Shown: positions 28,161-37,705 of the stretch, one piece after another
Position numbering within the stretch: the first letter of the stretch is position 1
How the letters are laid out: each line of letters opens with the position of its first letter
NCBI GenBank assembly: GCA_963664225.1
Contig: OY760937.1
Location: 5,600,001 to 5,664,000, forward strand
Direction: 5' to 3'
Source: Verrucomicrobiia bacterium
Lineage (GTDB): Bacteria; Verrucomicrobiota; Verrucomicrobiia; Limisphaerales; UBA1319
DNA: 64,000 nucleotides
The notes under the pieces: model-generated
Database searches by the model: none
What the model was told of the DNA's origin: nothing
The model's input: only the letters and a program-made list of their open reading frames with translations
Made by a program: the position numbers and the translations under genes

Positions 28161-29566
28161 GGTTTACTGGGGGCTGTGGCTGGCGTAGCTGATGTGGACG
28201 GTGAATCCACCTGTTCGATCTGCGAAGGCTGCTTGAACATGGAACGGAAAAGAGACCAACGCTTGAGATCGAAGAAAGTGACGTAAAGCATGAAGGAGAT
28301 CAGCAACGCCGCAAATCCCGTGGTGGTGTATTCAACGATCTTCTGGCTCATGGGACGGCGGCGGATGCGCTCGATAATGGCCATCAGGATGTGGCCGCCA
28401 TCCAGAACGGGCAGGGGAAGCAGATTGAGAATGCCCAGGTTGATGTTGAGCAGCACGAGAAACTTCAAGGCGAGCCGATAATCCGTGTTTACCTGGACTG
28501 CGAGCATGGTGAGAATGCCCACCGGACCGCTTAAATCCTTTGCGCCCACACCGGTTTGTTTGGAATGAATGAGCGCGCTGAAAGTATCGACGGTCTGGTT
28601 CCAGACGTCGGAGATTTGGTCCCAAGGCAGGGGTCCCGGGCGTTGAACCTGATAGACATTGGCAGAGCGGTTTCCCAGGCTTACGCCGATGCGGCCCACC
28701 TTGGTGGAGGGGTCTTCCTTCGGGGTGATGGAGAGGGCAAGCTTCTCAGTGCCACGCTCGATGCGAATCTCGCTGGTTTTGCCGCCTCGCTTTTGAATCA
28801 AGCCGATCAGTTGCTCCCTGCTGGCGACAGGAATGCCATCGAAAGCCAGGATGACATCCTTGGATTTTAATTGGGCTTTTTCAGCCGCGCCGTCCGCCAT
28901 GACCTCAATGATTTCTGGGTGATCCCGGGGTTCGAGATTCAGCATTTTCCATTCAAGGGTCGGATGCACGTTGGCCTTGAGTTGGTAGGTTTTGCGAACA
29001 CCGTTGCGCTCGAGGACCACCGGCAAAACATTAGTGCGGGCAAGAATGGTGGTCATCTGGACATCCTGCCAGGATTTGACCGTCTTTCCATCCACCTCCA
29101 CAACCATGTCGCCTTCACGTATGCCAAGAGAGGCTTCGGCGGAGGCGGGATCGACATATCCGATGATCGAGGGGTTGACCAAAACAGGCAGGCCGACCAG
29201 GTAGATGACGCAGGCGATGACGAAAGCAAAAACAAAATTCATGAAGGGTCCGGCAAAGGCCACCAGCATCTTGGACACGGGAGGAGCGGGGGGCACGTCG
29301 GAAGCGACTTCGCCCTCAATGGCATCCGAGGTTTGCATCTGCGGCAACTTCACAAAGCCGCCGGCCGGAATCCATCGAAAGGAGTATTCGATGCCATCGC
29401 GAGTCCATGAGAAGATTTTGGGGCCAAAACCAATGGCAAAAGCCTCGACTTTCAAGCCGCGGCGGCGGGCCACCCAATAGTGCCCAAATTCATGCACAAA
29501 TACTGCGGCGCCAAACAGAAGAACGACCGCCGCCGCAACATAAACAATATTAAATATGAACGTCAT
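28157..29566 (-). CDS. rseP: RIP metalloprotease RseP
   Basis: HEFGH, FAIGFGP, AGPFMN, two PDZ domains, NLLPLPVLDGGH. Confidence 0.95.
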   Translation of the reverse strand: MTFIFNIVYVAAAVVLLFGAAVFVHEFGHYWVARRRGLKVEAFAIGFGPKIFSWTRDGIEYSFRWIPAGGFVKLPQMQTSDAIEGEVASDVPPAPPVSKMLVAFAGPFMNFVFAFVIACVIYLVGLPVLVNPSIIGYVDPASAEASLGIREGDMVVEVDGKTVKSWQDVQMTTILARTNVLPVVLERNGVRKTYQLKANVHPTLEWKMLNLEPRDHPEIIEVMADGAAEKAQLKSKDVILAFDGIPVASREQLIGLIQKRGGKTSEIRIERGTEKLALSITPKEDPSTKVGRIGVSLGNRSANVYQVQRPGPLPWDQISDVWNQTVDTFSALIHSKQTGVGAKDLSGPVGILTMLAVQVNTDYRLALKFLVLLNINLGILNLLPLPVLDGGHILMAIIERIRRRPMSQKIVEYTTTGFAALLISFMLYVTFFDLKRWSLFRSMFKQPSQIEQVDSPSTSATPATAPSKP

Positions 29567-29677
29567 TTGTATAAATCATCGTCCGCATCGCTGCGGAGCA
29601 GTGAACGTCCCGAATATAACGGGAAATCTTCGGCTGGCAACTCGGTAACGCCCCCGCCTTTTTACGAAAGCGGCTCT

Positions 29678-30334
29678 TCAAGCAGCATGACGGCTTCGCA
29701 GAAGGGTCTCCACAACCCCCCAGGCCTGGGTCTGAACTTGTTCGATGGATTGCGTGGCATCGATGCGTTTGATGCGGGAGGGTTCCTGCAGCGCGATGGC
29801 GTTGTAGCCATTCTCCACCTTGGCAAAGAATTCGCGGCCTGCCTCTTCGAATCGGTCGCGCTCCGCAGGCAAACCGGTCTGCCGGGATTGACGCCGCTGC
29901 TCGCTGATGGCGATCGGCACCATGAAAAGGAGGGTCAAGTCGGGTTGAGTGCTTCCGACGGCAAATTGGGTGATTTGACGGATCGTTTCCAAATCCAAAC
30001 CCCGCCCATAGCCCTGATAAACGGTGGTGCTGTCAAAAAAACGATCGCAAAGTACGGTTGTACCCGCCTCTAAGGCGGGTTGGATGACTTCCCGGACCAA
30101 TTGGGCGCGGCTGGCGCTCATCAGAAGCAGCTCGGTTTCAGGGGTCATGTCCCGGCTTTTTGCGCTGTGCTTCAGAATGTGGCGGAGTTCTTCGCCAATC
30201 GGCGTGCCCCCCGGCTCGCGGAGGAGTTTGACGGGATGACCCAGTGATTGCAACCGGCTGGCCAGGAGGGATATTTGCGTGCTTTTGCCACTGCCCTCCG
30301 TGCCTTCAAAGGTAATGAACACACCCGGATTCAT
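29678..30334 (-). CDS. tmk: Thymidylate kinase
   Basis: FITFEGTEGSGKSTQ, REPGGT, CDRFFDST.YQG. Confidence 0.96.
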   Translation of the reverse strand: MNPGVFITFEGTEGSGKSTQISLLASRLQSLGHPVKLLREPGGTPIGEELRHILKHSAKSRDMTPETELLLMSASRAQLVREVIQPALEAGTTVLCDRFFDSTTVYQGYGRGLDLETIRQITQFAVGSTQPDLTLLFMVPIAISEQRRQSRQTGLPAERDRFEEAGREFFAKVENGYNAIALQEPSRIKRIDATQSIEQVQTQAWGVVETLLRSRHAA

Positions 30335-31320
30335 TGCGCGGGTGGCAGGGGTGGCATATCGGCGTTTGTGGTGGCGGGCGTTTCAAAATTGCCAATGGGA
30401 GGCGGGAGAGTCGGAGCCGGTTGAACAACGACCCGTCTTTGCTTGATGAAATCCGAGGTCAGATAGGCGACGAGGGATTCGATTTGCTCTTGTGATAGGA
30501 CGCCTCCTTCGCTGTAGGCGAATGCTGGCATCAGGGTTCCAGGTTTGCCCCGGGTAATCCAGGAACGCCAATAATCCCGGTCTTTGGTTTTTTCGACCGC
30601 CGCCAAATCCGGCACCATGGTCGCCCGGTGGAGGGATTCATGACAGATGGCGCATGCGGTGCGGAAGAGCGGTTCTCCGCGTTTGCCAGCGGTGGGTTGG
30701 ACATGGCAGCGAACGCAGTCGCCCTTGAAAACGGCCTGGCGATCAGCCATGGAAGTCATCAGGTTGCGCGTGCGCATGTCGGCGACGTTGGTGGTTGGAA
30801 GTTCTGGAATGATGACTGCAAAAGTCAGCATTTTCATTCCAGCGGAGGTATCCACCGACAGATATTTGTTTAAGGTGCCGCGTTTTCCACGGAGATCGAT
30901 GGTTGCCTCGAGTTTGCCTGATTCATTTGGGGCCAGCACCCAGGGCGATTTTGGCAGTTTTGCCACAGTACACCCACAAGATGGCCTGACGGCTTTGATA
31001 ATGACTTCCGCGGACGAAATATTCGTGACGCTGTAAACCACGGTTGCCTCTGTGGCGCCCGATGTGACATCGATCTCTTTTCTCATGGCATCCCATGCCA
31101 ACGGTTCCGGACCGGCTGGTTGTGGATTCAGGGGATCTTTAACCCGGGCCGGTTGAGACGGATTGGAGAAAACCACATGAGGGGTGATGATCGTCACCGG
31201 CGGATTGGTGAGGGGTGACTGGGCCTGCGTAAATATCGGAATGCAAAGAATAACCCAAAGAGCCAGCAACTGCTTTTTGCGTCTATACGGACGCCTTAGC
31301 ACCAAAATGTTCACAAACAT
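30331..31320 (-). CDS. Exported DUF1573 (Ig-like) domain plus diheme cytochrome c
   Basis: Signal-like N-terminus, PSCGCT motif, CVRCH and CAICH heme sites, distal MPAF. Confidence 0.8.
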   Translation of the reverse strand: MFVNILVLRRPYRRKKQLLALWVILCIPIFTQAQSPLTNPPVTIITPHVVFSNPSQPARVKDPLNPQPAGPEPLAWDAMRKEIDVTSGATEATVVYSVTNISSAEVIIKAVRPSCGCTVAKLPKSPWVLAPNESGKLEATIDLRGKRGTLNKYLSVDTSAGMKMLTFAVIIPELPTTNVADMRTRNLMTSMADRQAVFKGDCVRCHVQPTAGKRGEPLFRTACAICHESLHRATMVPDLAAVEKTKDRDYWRSWITRGKPGTLMPAFAYSEGGVLSQEQIESLVAYLTSDFIKQRRVVVQPAPTLPPPIGNFETPATTNADMPPLPPAQ

Positions 31321-31370
31321 AGCCTTAACCGTTTCAATCTGACACCGCATAAGCATTCGGTCCAGTTGTG

Positions 31371-31778
31371 CTAAGTATTTGAAGTGCCAAGCAACCGCGC
31401 CCAAAATGAATGGGATTGGTTTTGACGTTGCTGGACTTTGAGCTGGCCCAATATGGATTGCCAACTGATGAATAGTTTGTGCCATTGGTTTTCCAGACCG
31501 CGTTGGGAGGACTCGGCCATTTCACTGACAAAGCGGATGGATGGGGCGCTGCTGAGCAGGTTGTGCATGTCATCCTTACCGGGCGCGCCGCTTTCAATGG
31601 AGGCCAGGATCAGCTCCAACTCCTGGGCGATGACGCTTTTGACATCCAGAAACTGGGTTTCGTCCTCGGGGGTGAACGTCTTACTCCTGGCCATGTTGAG
31701 GTATTTGTTAAACTGTTTCCAGCACTCCAAAAAATTTTCCACTTGCAGGATAAGCTGGTTGATATTCTTGATGCTCAT
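31371..31778 (-). CDS. Hypothetical helical protein with a C-terminal amphipathic segment
   Basis: Overlaps the upstream gene by 4 nt; helical composition; ends SFWARLLG. Confidence 0.7.
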   Translation of the reverse strand: MSIKNINQLILQVENFLECWKQFNKYLNMARSKTFTPEDETQFLDVKSVIAQELELILASIESGAPGKDDMHNLLSSAPSIRFVSEMAESSQRGLENQWHKLFISWQSILGQLKVQQRQNQSHSFWARLLGTSNT

Positions 31779-32101
31779 ATTTGGGAGTTTTCCTTTAATG
31801 GCTCGGTCTGGACCGGTTGGGATGGGGCCAGAAAGACAATCGCCCCCCCTCGAAGCTCTCTGGCGGTTATTTTCACGGCAGGATAAGTGATTTGAATTTC
31901 GTTAAAAATGAGCTGCGCCTGGTGCGCGCTTTGAAAGGCGACCAAAACAGACTGGCCAATTTGCCTGATCATTTCGGGTGAAAAGGCCTGCGGCAGGGTT
32001 GAGGAAATGAGGCGTCCATCCCGATCAATCGTAAAGCAGCCAACAGGGAATGCCTTGATGGCCTTGTCCAAAGGTTTGGATTTAACGGTCAAGAGGCCCA
32101 T
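31775..32101 (-). CDS. Small protein, probable Roadblock/LC7-like fold
   Basis: GCFTIDRDGRLISSTL - helix - ITARELRGGAIVFL pattern; coupled to neighbours. Confidence 0.6.
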   Translation of the reverse strand: MGLLTVKSKPLDKAIKAFPVGCFTIDRDGRLISSTLPQAFSPEMIRQIGQSVLVAFQSAHQAQLIFNEIQITYPAVKITARELRGGAIVFLAPSQPVQTEPLKENSQI

Positions 32102-33186
32102 TTTGAAGTCAGCTCATTCATGGTTTTCCGGATTTGGGCGGGGGACAGCGACCTCTCGAATCCTATGCACAGGCATGCCGAAGGGGATCCGCTTATGGCG
32201 ACGTGGCGCTGGATTCCCAAGGCCAGAATCTGGGATGGCTGCCCAAGACGCAATTGCGCTCCCAATCTGGAAAAACCATCGAGGGTTTGCCGGGTCCAAA
32301 TGGCCAGAGATTGGGGATTTTCAACAGCCCAGCACTGGGGCGCCTGGCCTGAGGGATCCATGGCCAGCACGAATTCCACACCGGGGTGGCCGCCGATTTC
32401 CTGGACTCTGGAGGATGCAGGCGCGGGCGTGGGTGCGATGGCCGCGGCTTCCAGGGCTTGTTGCGGGGATGGACCAACTTGGTAAGCTGCCAGGTTTTCA
32501 TCCTGGGCCTGGGCTGTTTCCAGCAAAAGGCCCTGATAGGAAACAAAAATGGCGCGCGGATGATTTGGTTCCGCCGGAAGAAGTTCGAAATTACCTGTTC
32601 TCCATGATAAAATCAGATGGAAGGCCGGTTCCCCCGAGAGGTCTTCGGTCATCGCGTCCATGACCTCGCCATTTTGAAACCAAATGCGGCCTTCGCGGAA
32701 GCCATTGTTGATGCGCAGGACGGCTGAACTTTGGGAGAGACATTCCAGTTGAACAATGTCCACAAGGCTTTTGCTTTGCATGCCTCGAAAGCCCGCATGG
32801 GTTTCCTGGCCGAGGAGAGCTTCGATGCAATCCAGAAACAACTGAGTGGCTTGCGTTGTACTGGGTTTCTCCAGATACAGATCCAGTCCCATTGCGTATG
32901 CGCGTGTGCGGAACTGAGGGTCGTTCAGGGAGGTCATCACGGCCGTGCGCATTTGCGGAAACTTCCGGCGAACGATGGATAGGACCTCCAATCCGTGCAT
33001 CTTGGGCATGTTCAAGTCGGACAGGAGGAGGGCGAAGGGTTCAGATTCAAGGAGGGCAATGGCCCGAGCCCCACTATTGGTTGTGCGCACCTCCGGCTGG
33101 CTGGGCAGGCGCGACAGCATTTCCTGGTAGAGTTCGAGCAAGTCCGGATCGTCGTCCACCAAGAGGACTTTAGGGTGCTGGACCAT
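32089..33186 (-). CDS. Response regulator: REC + DUF4388 (PATAN-like) + C-terminal Roadblock-like domain
   Basis: VLLVDDD, SDLNMP, MTS, EKP; GFRGMQSKSLVDIVQLECL...GRIWFQNGEVMDA...WRTGNF. Confidence 0.85.
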   Translation of the reverse strand: MVQHPKVLLVDDDPDLLELYQEMLSRLPSQPEVRTTNSGARAIALLESEPFALLLSDLNMPKMHGLEVLSIVRRKFPQMRTAVMTSLNDPQFRTRAYAMGLDLYLEKPSTTQATQLFLDCIEALLGQETHAGFRGMQSKSLVDIVQLECLSQSSAVLRINNGFREGRIWFQNGEVMDAMTEDLSGEPAFHLILSWRTGNFELLPAEPNHPRAIFVSYQGLLLETAQAQDENLAAYQVGPSPQQALEAAAIAPTPAPASSRVQEIGGHPGVEFVLAMDPSGQAPQCWAVENPQSLAIWTRQTLDGFSRLGAQLRLGQPSQILALGIQRHVAISGSPSACLCIGFERSLSPAQIRKTMNELTSKWAS

Positions 33187-33298
33187 GGCAATCACATTAA
33201 AGACTGCCATCCTTTATATGCACCCGCTTAAAACAATGCAAGCCAGCATAAAATTATCGACGTCCCCGGGCGTTCGTGCCAGAATAAATTCAAAATCG

Positions 33299-35164
33299 AT
33301 GTTTGCCGCTCTTAAAAAGTTTTTTTCAAGAGGTGCGACCACGAGCGAATCGGCGTCGGTGCCGCCTCCTCAGCCGCAGGTTCCATCTCAGCGCTCCACC
33401 ACCATCTCAAGTCGGACCGCGAGTTCGCCAGTCGCACCGCACATGGGTTCGGCTGTATCGGCATCTCCACCGGCCACGCATGAAGCGCCTCCCAGGGTGG
33501 CTTCTCCATCAGCGGGGAACGCCGGTTACAAGTTTGCCCCGGTCCCGTCAGCCTCGCCTGGAACCGGTGTTCCGCGTGCTCCGATTGCACCGATTGCTCC
33601 CGTGTCCACCGGCGCAGGTATGGCGTCCCCTAATCCTCCCGCATCGGGGGGGGAGACGGTCAGCCTGCCATTGTCTGAATTATTGAAGAGTTTTCCTGAA
33701 CTGATCCAGGCCGGGGTCTTGCGCAAGCCTTCCGCTGATACCTTGATATCCCTGCCCCTGTCTCTTGTTTTGCCGCAAGTGTCCACTGGAGCTATAAAGT
33801 TACCGTTTGGACAGTTTCGCGTTGTTTGTCCGGAGGGGACATTCCCTAATTCCAATGCGCTGGACCAAACCATGGTCACACTGCCATTGGCTCTGATATT
33901 GCCGCGGATCAATCCGGCTTTTCTGGCGCGGCGCTCCAGTCAGCGACGCATTGTCGATCCTGAATCGTTTGAATCCGTATTTGCCCGGGGAGGGCAGCCG
34001 GGGAGTTCCCTCGCGCCATCAGCCGCCATCGGGATGCAGGAAAAACCGGTTGAAGCGCCCTTACCGAATGCGCCAGCAACTCAGCCCCATGTCGCCAATC
34101 CGTTCACACCGGTCGCAGCCTCGGATCCGGCCCCCATACCGATGTCCACCCATCTGCCGTTTGCCAAGGCAGCGCCGCTTCCCAATGCTCCGATAACACC
34201 GTTGCGCGCGTCAGCACCATCTGTTCAGGCTGTGCGTTTGCCTGGCACGCTGCCGACGCCTTCAGAGCAGGCGAAGCTGGCGGAAAGCCTCTGGATCCCA
34301 TTGCACCTTCTGTCTGCGCACTTACCATCAAATGTGCAAATATTATTGGCGGATAATGCGTTTGCCACCAGCAATGTCGGTATTCCGGTGTCCGAATTGG
34401 AAGCGGGACTCAAGCAAGGGAGACTGGTTTTTACATGGAATCAATTGCGAAATTGGATTGAACCCACCCCTCCGGCAGGGGGAGTGGCGGAGGATTCGCT
34501 GGTGCCATTACCGTTACAGTTCATTGTCCCTCTGTTTTTGGCGAAACGCAGCGCAGGCAAGGAAGGTTCCCATAAGAAGGTTGTCCTGGATCAGAATATT
34601 CCCGATGTTTTTGGCTCGGTGGCCACGGATAAAAGAGCCGCCACGGATGTCCCTGCGTCGCCTGCAGCCAGCGAATTGCCGATTGTTGAGACGCCATCCC
34701 AAATTCCACAAGCTCCGGCACGGGCCGCTGTTGCCTTGAAAGAAGAAGTCCCAGCCAAAGCTGCGGGGATGGAGAATTTGGGGGCGATTTTTGGACAACC
34801 GGACAAGGCAACCTGGACACCGTTGGAAATTGTTCGCAATACAGCAAGGCTGCCAGGGATGGTGGGATCCCTTATTTCGCTTCAGGATGGCTTATTGGTA
34901 TCAGGACAGGTGCCGGGTGGCATCAATGCGGAGACGGTTGCCGCTTTTATCCCGCAGGTATTCGGGCGCATGGCTCATTATACCAGGGAACTGAAATTTG
35001 GCGAACCTTCGTATGTCGGGCTTGTGGTTTCGGAATATTCGCTTCACATCTTTAAAACGGGGAGCGTTTATTTTATGGCGATGGGGCGTGCAGGGGAACA
35101 GCCGCCATTGAAGCAACTGAATGAAATTGCGTTGCAAATAGAACGACAATCCAAAACCAATTAA
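33299..35164 (+). CDS. Pro/Ala/Ser-rich protein with two repeated domains and a C-terminal Roadblock/LC7 domain
   Basis: C-terminus LPGMVGSLISLQDGLLVSG...AAFIPQVF...LHIFKTGSVYFMAMG. Likely start MFAALKKFF at 33299. Confidence 0.8.
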   Translation: MFAALKKFFSRGATTSESASVPPPQPQVPSQRSTTISSRTASSPVAPHMGSAVSASPPATHEAPPRVASPSAGNAGYKFAPVPSASPGTGVPRAPIAPIAPVSTGAGMASPNPPASGGETVSLPLSELLKSFPELIQAGVLRKPSADTLISLPLSLVLPQVSTGAIKLPFGQFRVVCPEGTFPNSNALDQTMVTLPLALILPRINPAFLARRSSQRRIVDPESFESVFARGGQPGSSLAPSAAIGMQEKPVEAPLPNAPATQPHVANPFTPVAASDPAPIPMSTHLPFAKAAPLPNAPITPLRASAPSVQAVRLPGTLPTPSEQAKLAESLWIPLHLLSAHLPSNVQILLADNAFATSNVGIPVSELEAGLKQGRLVFTWNQLRNWIEPTPPAGGVAEDSLVPLPLQFIVPLFLAKRSAGKEGSHKKVVLDQNIPDVFGSVATDKRAATDVPASPAASELPIVETPSQIPQAPARAAVALKEEVPAKAAGMENLGAIFGQPDKATWTPLEIVRNTARLPGMVGSLISLQDGLLVSGQVPGGINAETVAAFIPQVFGRMAHYTRELKFGEPSYVGLVVSEYSLHIFKTGSVYFMAMGRAGEQPPLKQLNEIALQIERQSKTN

Positions 35165-35169
35165 GGCAT

Positions 35170-35784
35170 ATGGCGATCATTAATCAGGCCACAAAAGAGC
35201 TGCAGGTCAAAATTGTTTATTACGGTCCGGCGTTATGCGGCAAGACGACCAATTTGCAGCAGGTGCACGGGCAGGTGCAGACCGCGCCGGAGAACAAAGG
35301 CAAACTGGTCTCGCTGGCCACCAGTTCGGACCGGACCTTGTTTTTCGATTTTCTCCCGATTGAATCGTTGTCCATCAAAGGTTTCAAAACGAAGTTCCAG
35401 CTTTATACCGTGCCGGGCCAGGTGATTTACAATACCACCCGGCAACTCGTGCTGCGCGGAGTGGATGGGATTGTGTTCGTGGCGGATTCACAATACGAGA
35501 AGATGGCGGAAAACGTGGAGAGTTTTTCCAATATGGAGGAAAATCTCAGATCCTTGAAAATGAATCTGGCCGAAATTCCATACGTGCTGCAATTCAACAA
35601 ACGGGATTTGCCCAATGCGGCTCCAATCGATTACATGGAGTTTCTATTGAACAACCGCGACATTCAAGTGCCCTCGTTTAGCGCTTGCGCCCACAAGTGC
35701 GAAGGTGTGTTTGAAACGTTGAATATGATCAGCCGTCTCTTGTTGCAGAAATATTTGACGGAAACTTCCCGTAAAATCGCCTGA
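35170..35784 (+). CDS. mglA: MglA-family small GTPase
   Basis: KIVYYGPALCGKTTNL, DRTLFFDF, LYTVPGQV, GVDGIVFVADS, NKRD. Confidence 0.95.
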   Translation: MAIINQATKELQVKIVYYGPALCGKTTNLQQVHGQVQTAPENKGKLVSLATSSDRTLFFDFLPIESLSIKGFKTKFQLYTVPGQVIYNTTRQLVLRGVDGIVFVADSQYEKMAENVESFSNMEENLRSLKMNLAEIPYVLQFNKRDLPNAAPIDYMEFLLNNRDIQVPSFSACAHKCEGVFETLNMISRLLLQKYLTETSRKIA

Positions 35785-35785
35785 T

Positions 35786-36265
35786 ATGTTTACACTGCCC
35801 CGTTTGATTCAGGAGGACATGGACCGGATGGAGGCCGCGTTGGACGAATTAATCGCCCGCAGCGAAGCTTCCAACGCCGCCATTCTTGACAAGGGCGGTT
35901 TTATTGTGGCGTCCCGAGGGGCGTTGGAATCCTACGACCTGACGACGCTGGCCGCGCTGGCCGCCGCTTCGTTTACGGCCAATCAAGCGATTGCCAATCT
36001 GATTCACGAGACCAATTTTTCCAGCGTTTATCAGCAGGGGGAGAGCTTCAGCATGCTCGTCAACAACGTGGATGAGCAGTGTCTGTTGGTGGTTATTTTT
36101 AAGGCGCAATTAAGCGTGGGCGCCGTCAAATATTACGCCCGGGACACCATCCTAAGGGTGATTGACCAAATGGAAAAAGCCCGCAAACGGACGCCGGAAG
36201 AGGGCGTTGACCTGGCCATGCTGAATGTGAGCGATACGTCCCAGGTGTTTCGCAAGAAAGACTGA
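35786..36265 (+). CDS. mglB: MglB-family Roadblock/LC7 GTPase-activating protein
   Basis: ILDKGG, DLTTLAALAAASF.A..AIA.LI.E..F...YQQGE, LLVVIF....SVGAVK. Confidence 0.88.
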   Translation: MFTLPRLIQEDMDRMEAALDELIARSEASNAAILDKGGFIVASRGALESYDLTTLAALAAASFTANQAIANLIHETNFSSVYQQGESFSMLVNNVDEQCLLVVIFKAQLSVGAVKYYARDTILRVIDQMEKARKRTPEEGVDLAMLNVSDTSQVFRKKD

Positions 36266-36345
36266 GTTTTCCCGATAATATGCACGGGATTAGCCCGTGT
36301 ATAGCAGACTTGCCAAAGGTTGATCCGATTTGGTTAAATCCCCGC

Positions 36346-37701
36346 GTGTTGAATCAACAAACGCTTCGTGAGCCAGTGAGCTTTGCCGGCATTGGCCTGC
36401 ATAGCGGGAATGGGGTCGAAATGACCTTGCTGCCCGCCGCGCCGAACACCGGCATCCGTTTTCGCCGCGTGGATCTGGACGGCAAGCCGGAAATTGAGGC
36501 GCGGATTGAAAACGTGAGTGACACCACGCGCTCGACCACTTTATCCAAAGGCAATGTCAAAATCCATACCGTGGAGCATGTTCTTGCGGCCTTGGCGGGA
36601 TTCGAAATCGACAATGCCATTGTGGAACTCAACGCAAACGAGCCTCCCATCGCGGATGGCAGCGCGAGGGAGTATTGCAAGTTGATCCAGTCCTCGGGCA
36701 TTCAGGCGCAGTTGGATGCGCGGGATGTGTTCAAAATTGAGGCCCCCATTGAAATTACACTGGGGGACACCGTCATGTCGGCGTTCCCTTATGACCGCTT
36801 GAAGGTTTCCTGCGTGAGCGTCGATAAACGGGGCCAGCACACCCAGCATTTCAGCGTGGAGGTCAATCCAGAGACCTGGCTAAAGGAAATATCCGCGGCG
36901 CGGACTTTTTGTTTTTATGAAGAGATCGAGCTGCTGATCAAGAACGGTTTGATCAAGGGAGGCAGCCTTGAAAATGCGGTCGTGATCCGGGATGATGCGA
37001 TCCTGACAACCGAGCCGCTCCGATATCCAGAGGAATTTGTTCGGCACAAAATATTGGATATCTTGGGCGACCTTTCGCTCCTTGGCCGACCGATTCGCGG
37101 ACACATCATGGCCGTCAAGCCAAGTCATGCGGCCAATTGCGAACTCGTGCGTCAGATTGCCGCGCAGATGCGAAAGCCGTTGGTGGCCGCGCAGTCTTTT
37201 GCCCCACCGCCCGCAGCGCCATCCGTTTCGGACAAGCCCAAGACCGAGGATGAATTGGTTGTTCGTGACGGCTCGCGCTTCGATATTCTGCAGTTGCTTA
37301 AAATTTTGCCACATCGTTACCCGTTCGTCATGGTGGACCGGGTCATCAAGGTGGAAGGAAACAAGATTACGGCCATCAAGAACGTGAGCATGAACGAGCC
37401 GTATTTTCAGGGACACTTTCCAAATCATCCCATCATGCCCGGGGTCCTGCAACTGGAGGCCATGGCCCAAGTGGCGGGCATTCTGATGCTTCGACAGGCG
37501 GAGAATCTGGGCAAGCTCGCCTATTTCATGGCGGCCGAAAACGTCAAATGGCGCAAGCCTGTGCGTCCGGGCGATCAATTGGTCATTGAGATCGAACTGA
37601 CGAAGATTCGCGGCAAAATTGGCAAGGCCAGCGGGGCTTGCAAGGTCGATGGCGAAGTGGTCAGCGAGGCTGAAGTGACTTTTATGCTGGGCGATGCCTG
37701 A
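36346..37701 (+). CDS. lpxC/fabZ: Bifunctional LpxC/FabZ fusion
   Basis: GIGLHSG, TVEHVLAAL, ARTF, RHKILD..GD, then LPHRYPF, FQGHFP..PIMPGVL.LEAMAQ. Confidence 0.95.
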   Translation: MLNQQTLREPVSFAGIGLHSGNGVEMTLLPAAPNTGIRFRRVDLDGKPEIEARIENVSDTTRSTTLSKGNVKIHTVEHVLAALAGFEIDNAIVELNANEPPIADGSAREYCKLIQSSGIQAQLDARDVFKIEAPIEITLGDTVMSAFPYDRLKVSCVSVDKRGQHTQHFSVEVNPETWLKEISAARTFCFYEEIELLIKNGLIKGGSLENAVVIRDDAILTTEPLRYPEEFVRHKILDILGDLSLLGRPIRGHIMAVKPSHAANCELVRQIAAQMRKPLVAAQSFAPPPAAPSVSDKPKTEDELVVRDGSRFDILQLLKILPHRYPFVMVDRVIKVEGNKITAIKNVSMNEPYFQGHFPNHPIMPGVLQLEAMAQVAGILMLRQAENLGKLAYFMAAENVKWRKPVRPGDQLVIEIELTKIRGKIGKASGACKVDGEVVSEAEVTFMLGDA

Positions 37702-37705
37702 TGCC

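Noticed and set aside
36346..37701. LpxC-FabZ fusion as a novelty
   Set aside because: Well-known bifunctional fusion in several phyla.
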